From Eubacteriales bacterium (GTDB lineage Bacteria > Bacillota > Clostridia > Oscillospirales > QAKW01), in contig JAZOSU010000013.1 of the NCBI GenBank assembly GCA_045657265.1, positions 74-64,073 of the forward strand: a DNA stretch of 64,000 bases, written 5' to 3'. A program made the translations under genes and the position numbers. The first letter of the stretch is position 1. The number at the start of each line of letters is the position of its first letter. A model generated the notes under the pieces. It was not told the DNA's origin. It ran no database searches and saw nothing but the letters and a program-made list of their open reading frames with translations. Positions 39,844-49,835 of this stretch are shown piece by piece.

Positions 39844-41874
39844 TTATTTTAAAAATTTTAGTGCGCCTGTAGGACATACATCTACACAAAGATGGCAATC
39901 TTTACAGCAACTGATTGTTTCTTCATTATTAAATTCAGGTCGGATAACAGTTTTAAAGCCACGGTCAACCAAACCTAAGATGCCTTTATTTGCAACTTCT
40001 TTACATTCGCGCACACAAAGGTTACAAAGAATACATTTACCCTGATCACGTTCTATGGAAACAAGTTTTCTCTCAGTAAATGAATTATGTTTTTCACCTT
40101 CGAGTCGTTCAGGCTCGATAGGATACATATTAGCGTATTTAATGAGTTTACAGTCTTTATAGTCGTGACATCCACATTCAAGACAGCGAGAAGCTTCCTT
40201 TATTGCCTGCTTTTCCGTAAAGCCTAAAATAACCTGATCAAAATTTGTTTTACGTGTATTTGCAGGTAACGTACCCATAATCTGACGGGCTGATTTTTCA
40301 TACTTTTCAAAGTATTTAGCATCAGGATTCTTTTCAGATACAAAAGGTTTTGTGTAAGCTACGTCCATTCCAAGCAAATAACCATGCACAACCTTAGCCG
40401 CTTTAGCCGCCTCTCCTATTGCTTCAATAGCAATACTTGCTCCGCGGTTTGTTGCATCACCTACGGCAAAGACGCCCTTCACCGACGTTGCAAAAGTTTT
40501 TGAGTCTGCGCTTATAATTCCTTTGGCATTAAGTTCAAGCTGTTCAAAGCCTTTTACGTTGACTTTCTGACCGATAGCACAAATAACAGTATCAACATCA
40601 AGTATTTCAAATTTTCCTTCAACAGCCACAGGGGAACGTCTGCCTGATTCATCAGGCTCACCAAGTTCCATAACCTGAAGTTTTACCTGAGTCACCTTTG
40701 AATTTTCACCGATAATTTCAGCAGGATTTGTAAGGAATTTAAAGATTACTCCCTCTTCAATTGCTTCGTCTATTTCTATTTCTTCAGCGGGCATTTCATC
40801 ACGTGTACGTCTATAGATTACGTACACGTTCTTGGCACCGCATCTTACTGCAGTTCTACAAGCGTCCATAGCTGTATTTCCGCCACCGACTATTGCAACG
40901 TTCTCTCCGATATCAAGTTTTTCTCCAAGAGCTACCTTACGGAGAAACTCTATACCGCCCATAACGCCGTTAAGTTCTTCACCTTTACAACGAAGCCCCA
41001 TATTGTTCCAGGCGCCTATAGCTACAATAACTGCATCGAATCTCTCTTTGAGATTATCAAGAGTGATATCCTCACCTATTTTAGTGTTGTTTATCATCTC
41101 AACACCTAAAGCTTTTATTTCTGCTATTTCGGCATCAAGAACTTTTTTAGGAAGTCTATATTCGGGAATACCGTATCTGAGCATACCACCCATTTTATCC
41201 ATAGCATCGTAAACGGTTACGCTATGGCCTTTAAGAGCAAGAAAATACGCACTTGTAAGTCCTGCAGGACCACCGCCGACTATTGCAACTTTTTTGCCTG
41301 TTGATTTTTCACATTTCACATCAATTCCGCCATCGGCAAGAACTTTGTCTGCCGCATAAGCTTTAAGGTATGCTATAGAAAGTGGTTGTTCAACGTTCTT
41401 TCTTCTGCAGGCATTTTCACACGGATGAGGACACACTCTGCCGATAGATGCAGGCAAGGGATTAGTCTGTTTGATAAGTTCAACAGCTTTTTTATGTTCA
41501 CCGTTTGCGATATGTTTTATATATCCCTGAGCATCTGTATCTGCAGGGCAATTAAGTGAGCAAGGACCAACGCAGTCTCCCTCGTGGTCACTCATAATCA
41601 GTTCCAGAGCTATTTTTCTGACCTGTTTTACTCTTTCTGATTCTGTAAAGATATTCATTCCGTCAGATGCAACTGTGGAACAAGCTCTCATAAGCTTTGG
41701 CATATTTTCGCCTTCAACCACACAAATACCGCAAGCGCCATAATGTTTAACGTTTTCGTGATGGCACAAAGTGGGTATTTCTATACCATTTGCCTGTGCG
41801 ATTTCAAGAATTGTTTTACCTTTTTCGCTGCTGCATTTTTTACCGTTGATTATAATATTAATAGTTTCCATCAT
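39844..41874 (-). CDS. Fe-S / flavin oxidoreductase: N-terminal [2Fe-2S]+[4Fe-4S] (NuoG/HydA-N-like), GltD/NfnB-like NADPH-FAD module, and a C-terminal ferredoxin-like domain (StnC-like)
   Basis: CGACGICVVEG and HEGDCVGPCSLNCP at the N-terminus. Dinucleotide folds VAIVGGGPAGLTSAYFLALKGHSVTVYD and VAIVGGGNTAMDACRTA. C-terminal CILCNLCVRECK and CKDCHLCVDVCP. Confidence 0.7.
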   Translation of the reverse strand: MMETINIIINGKKCSSEKGKTILEIAQANGIEIPTLCHHENVKHYGACGICVVEGENMPKLMRACSTVASDGMNIFTESERVKQVRKIALELIMSDHEGDCVGPCSLNCPADTDAQGYIKHIANGEHKKAVELIKQTNPLPASIGRVCPHPCENACRRKNVEQPLSIAYLKAYAADKVLADGGIDVKCEKSTGKKVAIVGGGPAGLTSAYFLALKGHSVTVYDAMDKMGGMLRYGIPEYRLPKKVLDAEIAEIKALGVEMINNTKIGEDITLDNLKERFDAVIVAIGAWNNMGLRCKGEELNGVMGGIEFLRKVALGEKLDIGENVAIVGGGNTAMDACRTAVRCGAKNVYVIYRRTRDEMPAEEIEIDEAIEEGVIFKFLTNPAEIIGENSKVTQVKLQVMELGEPDESGRRSPVAVEGKFEILDVDTVICAIGQKVNVKGFEQLELNAKGIISADSKTFATSVKGVFAVGDATNRGASIAIEAIGEAAKAAKVVHGYLLGMDVAYTKPFVSEKNPDAKYFEKYEKSARQIMGTLPANTRKTNFDQVILGFTEKQAIKEASRCLECGCHDYKDCKLIKYANMYPIEPERLEGEKHNSFTERKLVSIERDQGKCILCNLCVRECKEVANKGILGLVDRGFKTVIRPEFNNEETISCCKDCHLCVDVCPTGALKFLK

Positions 41875-41883
41875 CGCACCTCC

Positions 41884-43617
41884 TTACTGTACGGATATAG
41901 CATCAAATTTACAAAGAGTGATACACTGTCCGCATTTAATACATTTATCAATGTCTATTTTATGAGCCGATTTAACAACTCCGTCTATTGCCCCTACAGG
42001 ACATTTTTTAGCACACAAAGTACAGCCTTTACATTTATTTTCGTCAATTACGTATCTTATAAGGTCTGCACATTCGCCGACAGGACATCTTTTTTCGTTT
42101 ATATGAGCCTCATATTCATTTCTGAAATATCTTATAGTTGAAAGAACGGGGTTTGGCGCAGTCTGACCGAGACCGCAAAGAGCACCGTCTTTAACAGAAT
42201 TACAAAGTTCTTCCAAAAGCTCGATATCTCCCTCTTTGCCCTCGCCTTTTGTGATTCGGGTGAGTATTTCAAGCAGTCGTTTTGTTCCTATTCTGCAATG
42301 AACACATTTACCGCAGGATTCTTTTGCGGTAAAATCAAGAAAGAATTTAGCCATACCTACCATACAGGTAGTATCGTCCATAACAACCATACCGCCAGAA
42401 CCCATAATAGCACCTGTTTTTGCAAGTTCTTTATAATCTATTACGGTATCAAACATTTCTGCCGGTATACATCCACCTGAAGGGCCGCCAAGCTGAACTG
42501 CTTTACAGGGACGGCCTGAACGTATACCACCGCCGATATCGTATATTATTTCATTTATTGTCATACCCATAGGTACTTCAACGAGACCGCCACGGTTGAT
42601 TTTACCTGTAAGAGCAAAAACTTTAGTGCCTTTACTGTTTTCGGTTCCCATAGCCGCAAACGCGTTACCGCCATTAAGCATTATCCAGCAAACGTTTGCA
42701 AAAGTTTCAACATTATTTATATTCGAGGGTTGATTATTATAGCCACACTGCGCAGGAAACGGCGGTTTAAGTCTTGGCATACCGCGTTTTCCTTCAAGCG
42801 ATTCAATAAGCGCAGTTTCTTCACCGCACACGAAAGCACCCGCTCCTGCTTTAATACGCATATCACAGCTAAAATCACTGCCCATAATGTTTTTGCCGAG
42901 ATATCCTTTTTCTCTTGCTTTTTCTATAGCCGCCTCAAGACGAACGATAGCAAGAGGATATTCCGCGCGGACATAAACAACAGCTTCCGATGCGCCTATA
43001 GCATAAGCGCCGATAAGCATACCCTCTATAAGAGTATGAGGGTCACTTTCGATAACCGCCCTATCCATAAATGCACCGGGGTCACCTTCATCGGCATTAC
43101 AGATAAGGTATTTTGGGAAAGACTGACTCTGTCTTGCGGCATTCCATTTGAACCAGGTAGGAAATCCTGCGCCACCTCTTCCTGCAAGACCTGATATTTT
43201 TATTTCTTCAATGACCTGTTCAGGTGTCATTTTAAGGACTTTATCAAGAGCTTTATATCCGTCTGCTTTTATGTAGTCTTCTATATCAGTAGGGTCAATT
43301 ATACCGCAGTTTTTGAGAGCTATTCTTGTCTGTTTATCGAGGAAAGTTTTATCTTCATCTGAAATTTCAAGATGTGATACAAGACTCAGGTTACCTGTTT
43401 TAACTGCATCTGCAATTTTCTCTGCATCTGCAGTTTTTACTTTAACAAGGCGCATAAGAGAGTTATCATCTGCATAGATATCAACAATAGGTTCTAAGAA
43501 ACACATACCTATACAGCCTGTTATGGAAGGAGTAATCCCAAGTTCTACAAGTTTTTCATATATTTTATGAGCACCTGCCGCAATACCGCAGCTACCCTCA
43601 CCTACTACTATTTTCAT
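41884..43617 (-). CDS. NuoF/HydB-like NADH-binding FMN Fe-S subunit
   Basis: GLAGRGGAGFPTWFKW, ESCGKCVHCRIG, and two C-terminal CxxCxxCxxxCP ferredoxin motifs. Confidence 0.85.
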   Translation of the reverse strand: MKIVVGEGSCGIAAGAHKIYEKLVELGITPSITGCIGMCFLEPIVDIYADDNSLMRLVKVKTADAEKIADAVKTGNLSLVSHLEISDEDKTFLDKQTRIALKNCGIIDPTDIEDYIKADGYKALDKVLKMTPEQVIEEIKISGLAGRGGAGFPTWFKWNAARQSQSFPKYLICNADEGDPGAFMDRAVIESDPHTLIEGMLIGAYAIGASEAVVYVRAEYPLAIVRLEAAIEKAREKGYLGKNIMGSDFSCDMRIKAGAGAFVCGEETALIESLEGKRGMPRLKPPFPAQCGYNNQPSNINNVETFANVCWIMLNGGNAFAAMGTENSKGTKVFALTGKINRGGLVEVPMGMTINEIIYDIGGGIRSGRPCKAVQLGGPSGGCIPAEMFDTVIDYKELAKTGAIMGSGGMVVMDDTTCMVGMAKFFLDFTAKESCGKCVHCRIGTKRLLEILTRITKGEGKEGDIELLEELCNSVKDGALCGLGQTAPNPVLSTIRYFRNEYEAHINEKRCPVGECADLIRYVIDENKCKGCTLCAKKCPVGAIDGVVKSAHKIDIDKCIKCGQCITLCKFDAISVQ

Positions 43618-44105
43618 TTTGCTTCCTCCTCATAAAGACTGTCAATTACCGACACGGCTTTTTCAGGTGTCAACGACCCGTAGGTTTCTCCGTTTATCAT
43701 CATAACGGGTGACAAACTACAGCATCCAAGACAAGCAACGTTTTTAAGCGAAAACATACCGTCGTCCGTAGTTTCACCGTCTGATATACCGAGTCTTTCG
43801 GAAATTGCCGATTCTATTCGCTCGGATCCGTTTACGTGACAGGCTGTTCCCTGACAAAGCATTATAAGGTATTTTCCGACAGGTTTTAATCTGAACTGAG
43901 TATAGAAAGTTGCAACACCCATAACTTCAGCAGGTGTATTCCCTGTTTTTTCTGCTATATGGTATATTACGTCAGTTGGCAGATATCCATAAATATCCTG
44001 AGCCTTTTGAAGTATTGTTATAAGGCTTCCTGATACTTTTGCATATTTATCTAAAACAGGCGACAAAAGTGAAAGGTCGCTTGAATTACAACTACATTTA
44101 CACAT
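43614..44105 (-). CDS. NuoE/HydC-like [2Fe-2S] subunit
   Basis: LCQGTACHVNG...CLGCCSLSPV thioredoxin-like 2Fe-2S pattern. Overlaps the downstream gene by 4 nt. Confidence 0.85.
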   Translation of the reverse strand: MCKCSCNSSDLSLLSPVLDKYAKVSGSLITILQKAQDIYGYLPTDVIYHIAEKTGNTPAEVMGVATFYTQFRLKPVGKYLIMLCQGTACHVNGSERIESAISERLGISDGETTDDGMFSLKNVACLGCCSLSPVMMINGETYGSLTPEKAVSVIDSLYEEEAK

Positions 44106-44272
44106 AATGATCTCTCCTCAACATTAATTCATTTATTATAATACAGTTATTTCCCATCGTCAATAGAACTTTATACATAATTTTTATTGACATTTAATTA
44201 CAGTTGCTTTAAAATAAATCTATTAATTTTGGATTCGAGTTATTAAACTTATATTTTAAGGAGGAAAAGGAA

Positions 44273-45625
44273 ATGAGTTTTAAAAACGAGTATCTTAATG
44301 GTTTGCTTGAACGTGTTATCGCACGTAATGCAAACGAGCCTGAATTTCATCAGACTGTAAAAGAGGTTTTGGAGTCTATTGAACCTGTTATAGAAGCAAG
44401 ACCTGAATATATAAAAGCAGGTGTTCTTGAAAGAATGGTTGAGCCTGAAAAAATTCACAAATTCCGTGTACCGTGGGTTGATGACAACGGCAACGTACAG
44501 GTTAACCGCGGTTTCCGTATTCAGTTCAACAGTGCTATCGGTCCTTACAAGGGCGGTCTTCGTTTCCATCCATCAGTAAACGAAAGCATTATCAAGTTCC
44601 TTGGTTTTGAACAGACATTCAAAAACTCACTTACATCACTTCCTATGGGCGGTGGTAAAGGTGGTTCTGACTTTGACCCACAGGGAAAATCAGATGCTGA
44701 AGTTATGAGATTCTGCCAGAGCTTTATGACAGAGCTTCACAAATACATCGGACCTGACACAGACGTTCCCGCAGGTGACATCGGTGTTGGCGCAAGAGAA
44801 ATCGGTTATCTCTTCGGTCAGTACAAGAGACTTCGTGACGAGTTCACAGGTGTTCTTACAGGTAAAGGCATTCCTTACGGCGGTTCACTTATCCGTCCTG
44901 AAGCTACAGGTTTCGGTGCTGTTTATTACACAGTAGAAATGCTCAAATACTTCAAAGACGATATCAAAGGTAAAACATTTGCTATTTCAGGTTTCGGTAA
45001 CGTTGCCTGGGGTACAGTTAAAAAAGTTACTGAGCTTGGCGGTAAAGTTGTTACAATTTCAGGTCCTGACGGTTACGTTTACGATCCAGACGGTATCAAC
45101 ACTCCTGAAAAAATCGACTTTATGCTTGAAATGCGTGCTTCTTGCCGCAACAGAGTTGAAGATTATGCTGACAAATTCGGCGTTCAGTTCTTCAAAGGTG
45201 AAAAACCCTGGAGCGTTAAAGCTGACATTCTTATGCCTTGCGCAACACAGAATGAAGTTGATATTAAAGAAGCTGAGCAGATCGTTGCTAACGGCGTAAA
45301 ATACTACGTTGAAGTATCTAATATGCCTACAACAAACGAAGCTATTGCATATCTTAAACAGAATGGTGTTATCATTGCTCCTTCAAAAGCTGTTAATGCA
45401 GGTGGCGTTTCAGTTTCAGGTCTTGAAATGAGCCAGAACTCAATGCGTTACAGTTGGTCAGCTGAAGAAGTTGATGCTAAGCTTTACACAATTATGGCTA
45501 ACATCTTTGCAAACTCAATCAAAGCCGCTAACGAATACGGTTTCGGTGATGATCTTGTTGCAGGTGCTAACATCGCAGGCTTTATCAAAGTTGCTGATGC
45601 TATGCTCTCACAGGGCGTTTGCTAA
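44273..45625 (+). CDS. gdhA: glutamate dehydrogenase (NADP-type hexameric family)
   Basis: YKGGLRFHPSV, PMGGGKGGSDFDP, GFGNVAWG. Confidence 0.9.
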   Translation: MSFKNEYLNGLLERVIARNANEPEFHQTVKEVLESIEPVIEARPEYIKAGVLERMVEPEKIHKFRVPWVDDNGNVQVNRGFRIQFNSAIGPYKGGLRFHPSVNESIIKFLGFEQTFKNSLTSLPMGGGKGGSDFDPQGKSDAEVMRFCQSFMTELHKYIGPDTDVPAGDIGVGAREIGYLFGQYKRLRDEFTGVLTGKGIPYGGSLIRPEATGFGAVYYTVEMLKYFKDDIKGKTFAISGFGNVAWGTVKKVTELGGKVVTISGPDGYVYDPDGINTPEKIDFMLEMRASCRNRVEDYADKFGVQFFKGEKPWSVKADILMPCATQNEVDIKEAEQIVANGVKYYVEVSNMPTTNEAIAYLKQNGVIIAPSKAVNAGGVSVSGLEMSQNSMRYSWSAEEVDAKLYTIMANIFANSIKAANEYGFGDDLVAGANIAGFIKVADAMLSQGVC

Positions 45626-45640
45626 TTAAACAGCAAAAAA

Positions 45641-45666
45641 AGAGGAACAGCAGTTCCTCTTTTTTA
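45641..45666 (+). terminator. rho-independent terminator of gdhA
   Basis: AGAGGAAC AGCA GTTCCTCT followed by TTTTT. Confidence 0.7.
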
Positions 45667-45682
45667 AATTTTGGTGATAATT

Positions 45683-46327
45683 ATGAAAAACATATTATTT
45701 GATTTAGACGGAACGCTTACCGACCCGAAAATCGGCATAACAAAATCGGTTGCACATGCGCTTTCACATTTTGGGATTGAGGTTTCAGTCCTTGATACCT
45801 TATGCCCCTTTATAGGTCCGCCACTTATTCATTCTTTCTGCAACCTTTACGGTTTTTCAGAAGAGCAGGCATCAAAGGCGGTAGACGTATACCGAGAATA
45901 CTTTTCTGTCAAAGGTCTTTTTGAAAACGAGGTTTACAGCGGTATTGAAGATATGCTTTGTGACCTTAAAAAATCAGGCAAAAGGCTTTTTATCGCAACA
46001 AGCAAACCTGAAAAATTTGCAAAACAGATACTTGAGCATTTTAATCTTTCGCAGTATTTTGAATGTATACGCGGCATTGAAATGCACGAAGAAAAAGTTG
46101 AAAAGCCCGAAATTGTACGCAGGGTCATCGACGGATTTAATCTTGATAAATCAGAATGTGTTATGGTAGGTGACAGATTTTACGATATCGTAGGCGCAAA
46201 GGAAAATGGTATCGCATCTGTTGGCGTAACATACGGATATGGTGATTTCGAGGAACTTTCAAAATACGGCGCAGATAAAATAGTCGATACTGTACAAGAA
46301 CTTCATAATCTGCTTAAAACAATGTAA
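45683..46327 (+). CDS. HAD-superfamily phosphatase (phosphoglycolate phosphatase-like)
   Basis: MKNILFDLDGTLTD (motif I), TSK (motif II), and VGDRFYD (motif IV). Confidence 0.8.
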   Translation: MKNILFDLDGTLTDPKIGITKSVAHALSHFGIEVSVLDTLCPFIGPPLIHSFCNLYGFSEEQASKAVDVYREYFSVKGLFENEVYSGIEDMLCDLKKSGKRLFIATSKPEKFAKQILEHFNLSQYFECIRGIEMHEEKVEKPEIVRRVIDGFNLDKSECVMVGDRFYDIVGAKENGIASVGVTYGYGDFEELSKYGADKIVDTVQELHNLLKTM

Positions 46328-46363
46328 ACAAAATACCGCCTGAAATTCAGGCGGTATTTTTTA

Positions 46364-47011
46364 TTAAAAAATGAAAGTCATTGAGGACATATATTCAAAC
46401 GGCAGGTTTATTTTAACTTTACCTTCTTTAACATCAAAGGGTGTTTCGACAAGGTTACCTTTTTTATCAAGCGTAAATATTTCCTTTAAAATCTACGTTT
46501 CCGATTTTAAAGGAAATACTGTCAAAAGTATCTGTATTACCGTTTACGGCTATCATAACGTAATCGTTATCCCGTTCATACAGGTAAGGGCTTATTCCCA
46601 TTTTATCAAAAATCACATATTCTGATTTTTGTTTTGATATTACGTCTGAAAGGAAATATTTACGAAGATCTGAAAAAAGCGGATATTTATAATCAGTTAA
46701 GAAAAACGGGAAAACCGCAAAGTTTTTGCCTTCAACAAAGCAAGGCGCCGCCTTTTCCATAAAGCATTGTACGGACTGAGATACCTTTTTGTTCAAGGGC
46801 AAATTTTGCTTTTTTAAGAACTTGCACCCAAGCTTTTGCAAGTTCAAGCGTTATATGTCCCATGTTGAACTCTTCCTGATTTATAGTCAGCATCACGTTA
46901 TCTATACCGTATTCTTTACAGTGATTTGCGATATTTTTCTATACGCTCATCCTGCATACCGTCGTTTGTTATCTGAATACGCAGACAGTTATGATAAACC
47001 TTATAATCCAT
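46364..47011 (-). pseudogene. decayed gene of unknown family (at least 3 frame disruptions)
   Basis: Four collinear minus-strand fragments in different frames: MDYKVYHNCLRIQITNDGMQDERIE | NIANHCKEYGIDNVMLTINQEEFNMGHITLELAKAWVQVLKKAKFALEQKGISVRTMLY.. | ..FVEGKNFAVFPFFLTDYKYPLFSDLRKYFL...ISFKIGNVDFKGNI | FTLDKKGNLVETPFDVKEGKVKINLPFEYMSSMTFIF*. Confidence 0.5.
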
Positions 47012-47130
47012 AGCGGTACCTTTCTTTTCTAAATGTAGGTTTATCATAACACACACCTTTGTTTTTTCAACGATTATTGACTTTAAAATAACTATAAACT
47101 ATAATATTTACTTAGAAAAGGAGACGAACA

Positions 47131-49296
47131 ATGGACATTATAGCAACACTAACAAAAGAATTCGGTTTAAAGACAGTTAACGTAGAAAATACAGTTAAGC
47201 TTATAGATGAAGGCAACACAATACCTTTTATCGCAAGATACAGAAAGGAAGCAACAGGCTCTCTTGACGATCAGGTACTTCGCAGTTTGTCTGAAAGGCT
47301 TGAATATCTTCGTAATCTTGATGCTCAACGTGAAAAAGTGTTTAACACAATCACAGAGCAGGGACAGATGACAGACGAGATTGCAAAAGCTCTTGAAAAC
47401 GCTGTTACCTTGACAGAAATTGAGGACATATACAGACCATTCAAGCCCAAAAAGAAAACCCGCGCATCTGTTGCCAAAGAAAAAGGGCTTTTACCTCTTG
47501 CTGAGAAAATATACGAGCAACAAAAGGATACACCTGCTATATTCGAGCTTGCAAAAGAGTTTATTGACGAGGAAAAAGGCGTAAACTCGGCAGAAGAAGC
47601 AATGCAGGGCGCATCTGATATTATTGCTGAAATGATTTCTGACGATGCAGCAATAAGAAAAGGTCTTCGTACTGTTTGTATGGCGCACGGCACAATTGTT
47701 TCTACTGCAAATGCAGAAGACCTTGGAGTTTACGAGATGTACGGCGAGTATTCAGAGCCTATAAAGAATATACCCGGACACAGAACTCTTGCAATAAACA
47801 GAGGCGAAAAAGAAAAAATCCTTAAAGTTGACATTGATTTTGACCGTATTCGAGCAATGGACATTGTTTACAGAAATCACGTGGTTGGTGAAGGCGAATG
47901 TGCTGAGTTTGTTAAAAATGCCGCAGAAGATGCATATGACAGACTTATTTTCCCGTCAATCGAACGTGAAATCAGAAATATACTTACAGAAAAAGCAGAA
48001 GAAAGCGCTATAAAGCTTTTCTCAACAAATCTCCGTCAGCTTCTGATGCAACCGCCTGTTAAAGGCAACGTTACCATCGGTCTTGACCCCGGTTACAGAA
48101 CGGGTTGCAAAGTTGCAGTTGTTGACGGCACAGGCAAGGTACTTGACACAGGAGTTATCTTCCCTGTTGACCAGTTCGGCAAAGTTGAACAGGCAAAAGA
48201 AATAATTAAAAAACTTGTTAAAAAGCATAACGTCACAATGTTTGCAATAGGCAACGGTACTGCATCACACGAAACTGAAGTTTTTGCAGCAGACGTAATC
48301 AAAGAGCTTGACTGCGGAATTACTTATATGGTTGTCAGTGAAGCGGGTGCTTCCGTATATTCAGCTTCAAAGCTTGGCGCAGAAGAGTTTCCCGAATTTG
48401 ATGTTTCACTTCGTTCTGCTGTATCCATTGCAAGAAGACTTCAGGACCCACTTTCAGAACTCGTTAAAATAGACCCGAAAGCTATCGGCGTCGGTCAGTA
48501 TCAGCACGATATGCCACAGAATCATCTGTCTTCCGCTCTTGACGGCGTTGTCGAGGGATGTGTTAACTCTGTTGGTGTTGATCTTAACACAGCCTCCGCT
48601 CCGCTTCTTTCAAGAGTTGCAGGTATAGGTGGTTCACTTGCTAAAAACATAGTGAATTACAGACAGGAAAACGGCGCATTTTCATCAAGATCAGAACTCA
48701 AGAAAGTTCCGAAATTAGGACCGAAAGCCTTTGAGCAGTGCGCAGGTTTCCTACGTGTTGCGGAAAGTAAAAACGCTCTTGACAACACAGCGGTTCACCC
48801 CGAAAGTTATACCGCCGCAAAAAAACTTTTAGAGTTTTGCGGATTTACTTCAAAAGACATTCAGAGTAGTAATCTTTCCGAGCTTTCCAAAAAAGCAGAA
48901 GAAATCGGTTACAAAAAACTTGCAGATGATCTTGGCATCGGTGAAGTTACTCTTACAGATATTATAAACGAGCTTATGAGACCTAACCGCGACCCACGTG
49001 ACGAGCTTCCCAAGCCAATGCTTCGCACAGATATTATGAGTATGGAAGACCTTTGCGCAGGTATGGAGCTTAAAGGAACTGTCAGAAACGTAATTGATTT
49101 CGGTGCATTTGTGGACATCGGCGTACATCAGGACGGACTTGTTCACATTTCAAAAATCACCAAAAAATTCATAAAACATCCGTCGGAAGCATTAAGCGTC
49201 GGCGATATAGTAAAGGTTTGGGTTTTAAACGTAGATGCTACTAAAAAACGCATCTCGCTCACTATGATAGACCCCAACGAAAAAGAAAGAAAATAA
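47131..49296 (+). CDS. tex: transcription accessory protein Tex (S1 RNA-binding domain protein)
   Basis: 721 aa with IPFIARYRKE, a YqgF-like centre, HhH motifs and a C-terminal S1 domain (GTVRNVIDFGAFVDIGVHQDGLVHIS). Confidence 0.9.
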   Translation: MDIIATLTKEFGLKTVNVENTVKLIDEGNTIPFIARYRKEATGSLDDQVLRSLSERLEYLRNLDAQREKVFNTITEQGQMTDEIAKALENAVTLTEIEDIYRPFKPKKKTRASVAKEKGLLPLAEKIYEQQKDTPAIFELAKEFIDEEKGVNSAEEAMQGASDIIAEMISDDAAIRKGLRTVCMAHGTIVSTANAEDLGVYEMYGEYSEPIKNIPGHRTLAINRGEKEKILKVDIDFDRIRAMDIVYRNHVVGEGECAEFVKNAAEDAYDRLIFPSIEREIRNILTEKAEESAIKLFSTNLRQLLMQPPVKGNVTIGLDPGYRTGCKVAVVDGTGKVLDTGVIFPVDQFGKVEQAKEIIKKLVKKHNVTMFAIGNGTASHETEVFAADVIKELDCGITYMVVSEAGASVYSASKLGAEEFPEFDVSLRSAVSIARRLQDPLSELVKIDPKAIGVGQYQHDMPQNHLSSALDGVVEGCVNSVGVDLNTASAPLLSRVAGIGGSLAKNIVNYRQENGAFSSRSELKKVPKLGPKAFEQCAGFLRVAESKNALDNTAVHPESYTAAKKLLEFCGFTSKDIQSSNLSELSKKAEEIGYKKLADDLGIGEVTLTDIINELMRPNRDPRDELPKPMLRTDIMSMEDLCAGMELKGTVRNVIDFGAFVDIGVHQDGLVHISKITKKFIKHPSEALSVGDIVKVWVLNVDATKKRISLTMIDPNEKERK

Positions 49297-49412
49297 AATA
49301 AAAAATACCAACTTCTTATATAGAAGTTGGTCAGACTGTCAAAAAGCCACTGTTTTCAAAGTAAGAAAGCAGTGGTTTTTCTGTATAAGGGGCGAAAAAT
49401 AGCTAAAAACTG

Positions 49413-49760
49413 CTAAAAAACGGAGTTCTTCCAACTCCATATTGCCATCTTTTTCAAATTCATGACAGCATATTTAAGCCTGACACATTGCGTAATGTGA
49501 GCCAGAGCTCGATAGTGTGTATAACGCATAACGTGTTTTTGCATCTGCAAAAACACGTTGGATGGTTTGTTTACGTCGTTTGTAAAGTTGTTGCCCACGA
49601 TCAGTTTTGCGAAGCTGCTCTACCAAATCCAAATATTCCTGCCATATATGTGTCTGGAATATCTTTTGTCCCTTTTCGTTAGCGCCGCAAAGTACCTTGT
49701 AGGGACAATCTATACAGTTCTTTGGTGTACTGCGGTAAGTCCGTTTTCCATCTTTTCATT
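49413..49760 (-). mobile_element. C-terminal remnant of an IS1182/IS5-like DDE transposase, frameshifted
   Basis: The minus strand reads KDGKRTYRSTPKNCIDCPYKVLCGANEKGQKIFQTHIWQEYLDLVEQLRKTDRGQQLYKRRKQTIQRVFADAK | KHVMRYTHYRALAHITQCVRLKYAVMNLKKMAIW. This is a typical transposase C-terminal signature (CxxCP...C, RRxxxxxRxFAxxK, NLKKxA). No catalytic N-terminal part is present. Confidence 0.55.
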
Positions 49761-49835
49761 TCTTTCACTCTCTTTTATCATATCAAAAAACTCACTATTT
49801 CTCAATTGAAATAGTGAGTTTTATTGGTTTTTTAT

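Noticed and set aside
39743-39898. The long N-terminal extension of the Crp/Fnr ORF in the track, and similar extensions at 5385-5420, 10961-10999, 14119-14160, 19412-19465, 20274-20396, 39073-39105 and 35465-35500.
   Set aside because: Internal ATGs preceded by good GGAGG-type SD sequences give proteins that begin at the conserved family N-termini. The extensions run through promoter or terminator sequence.
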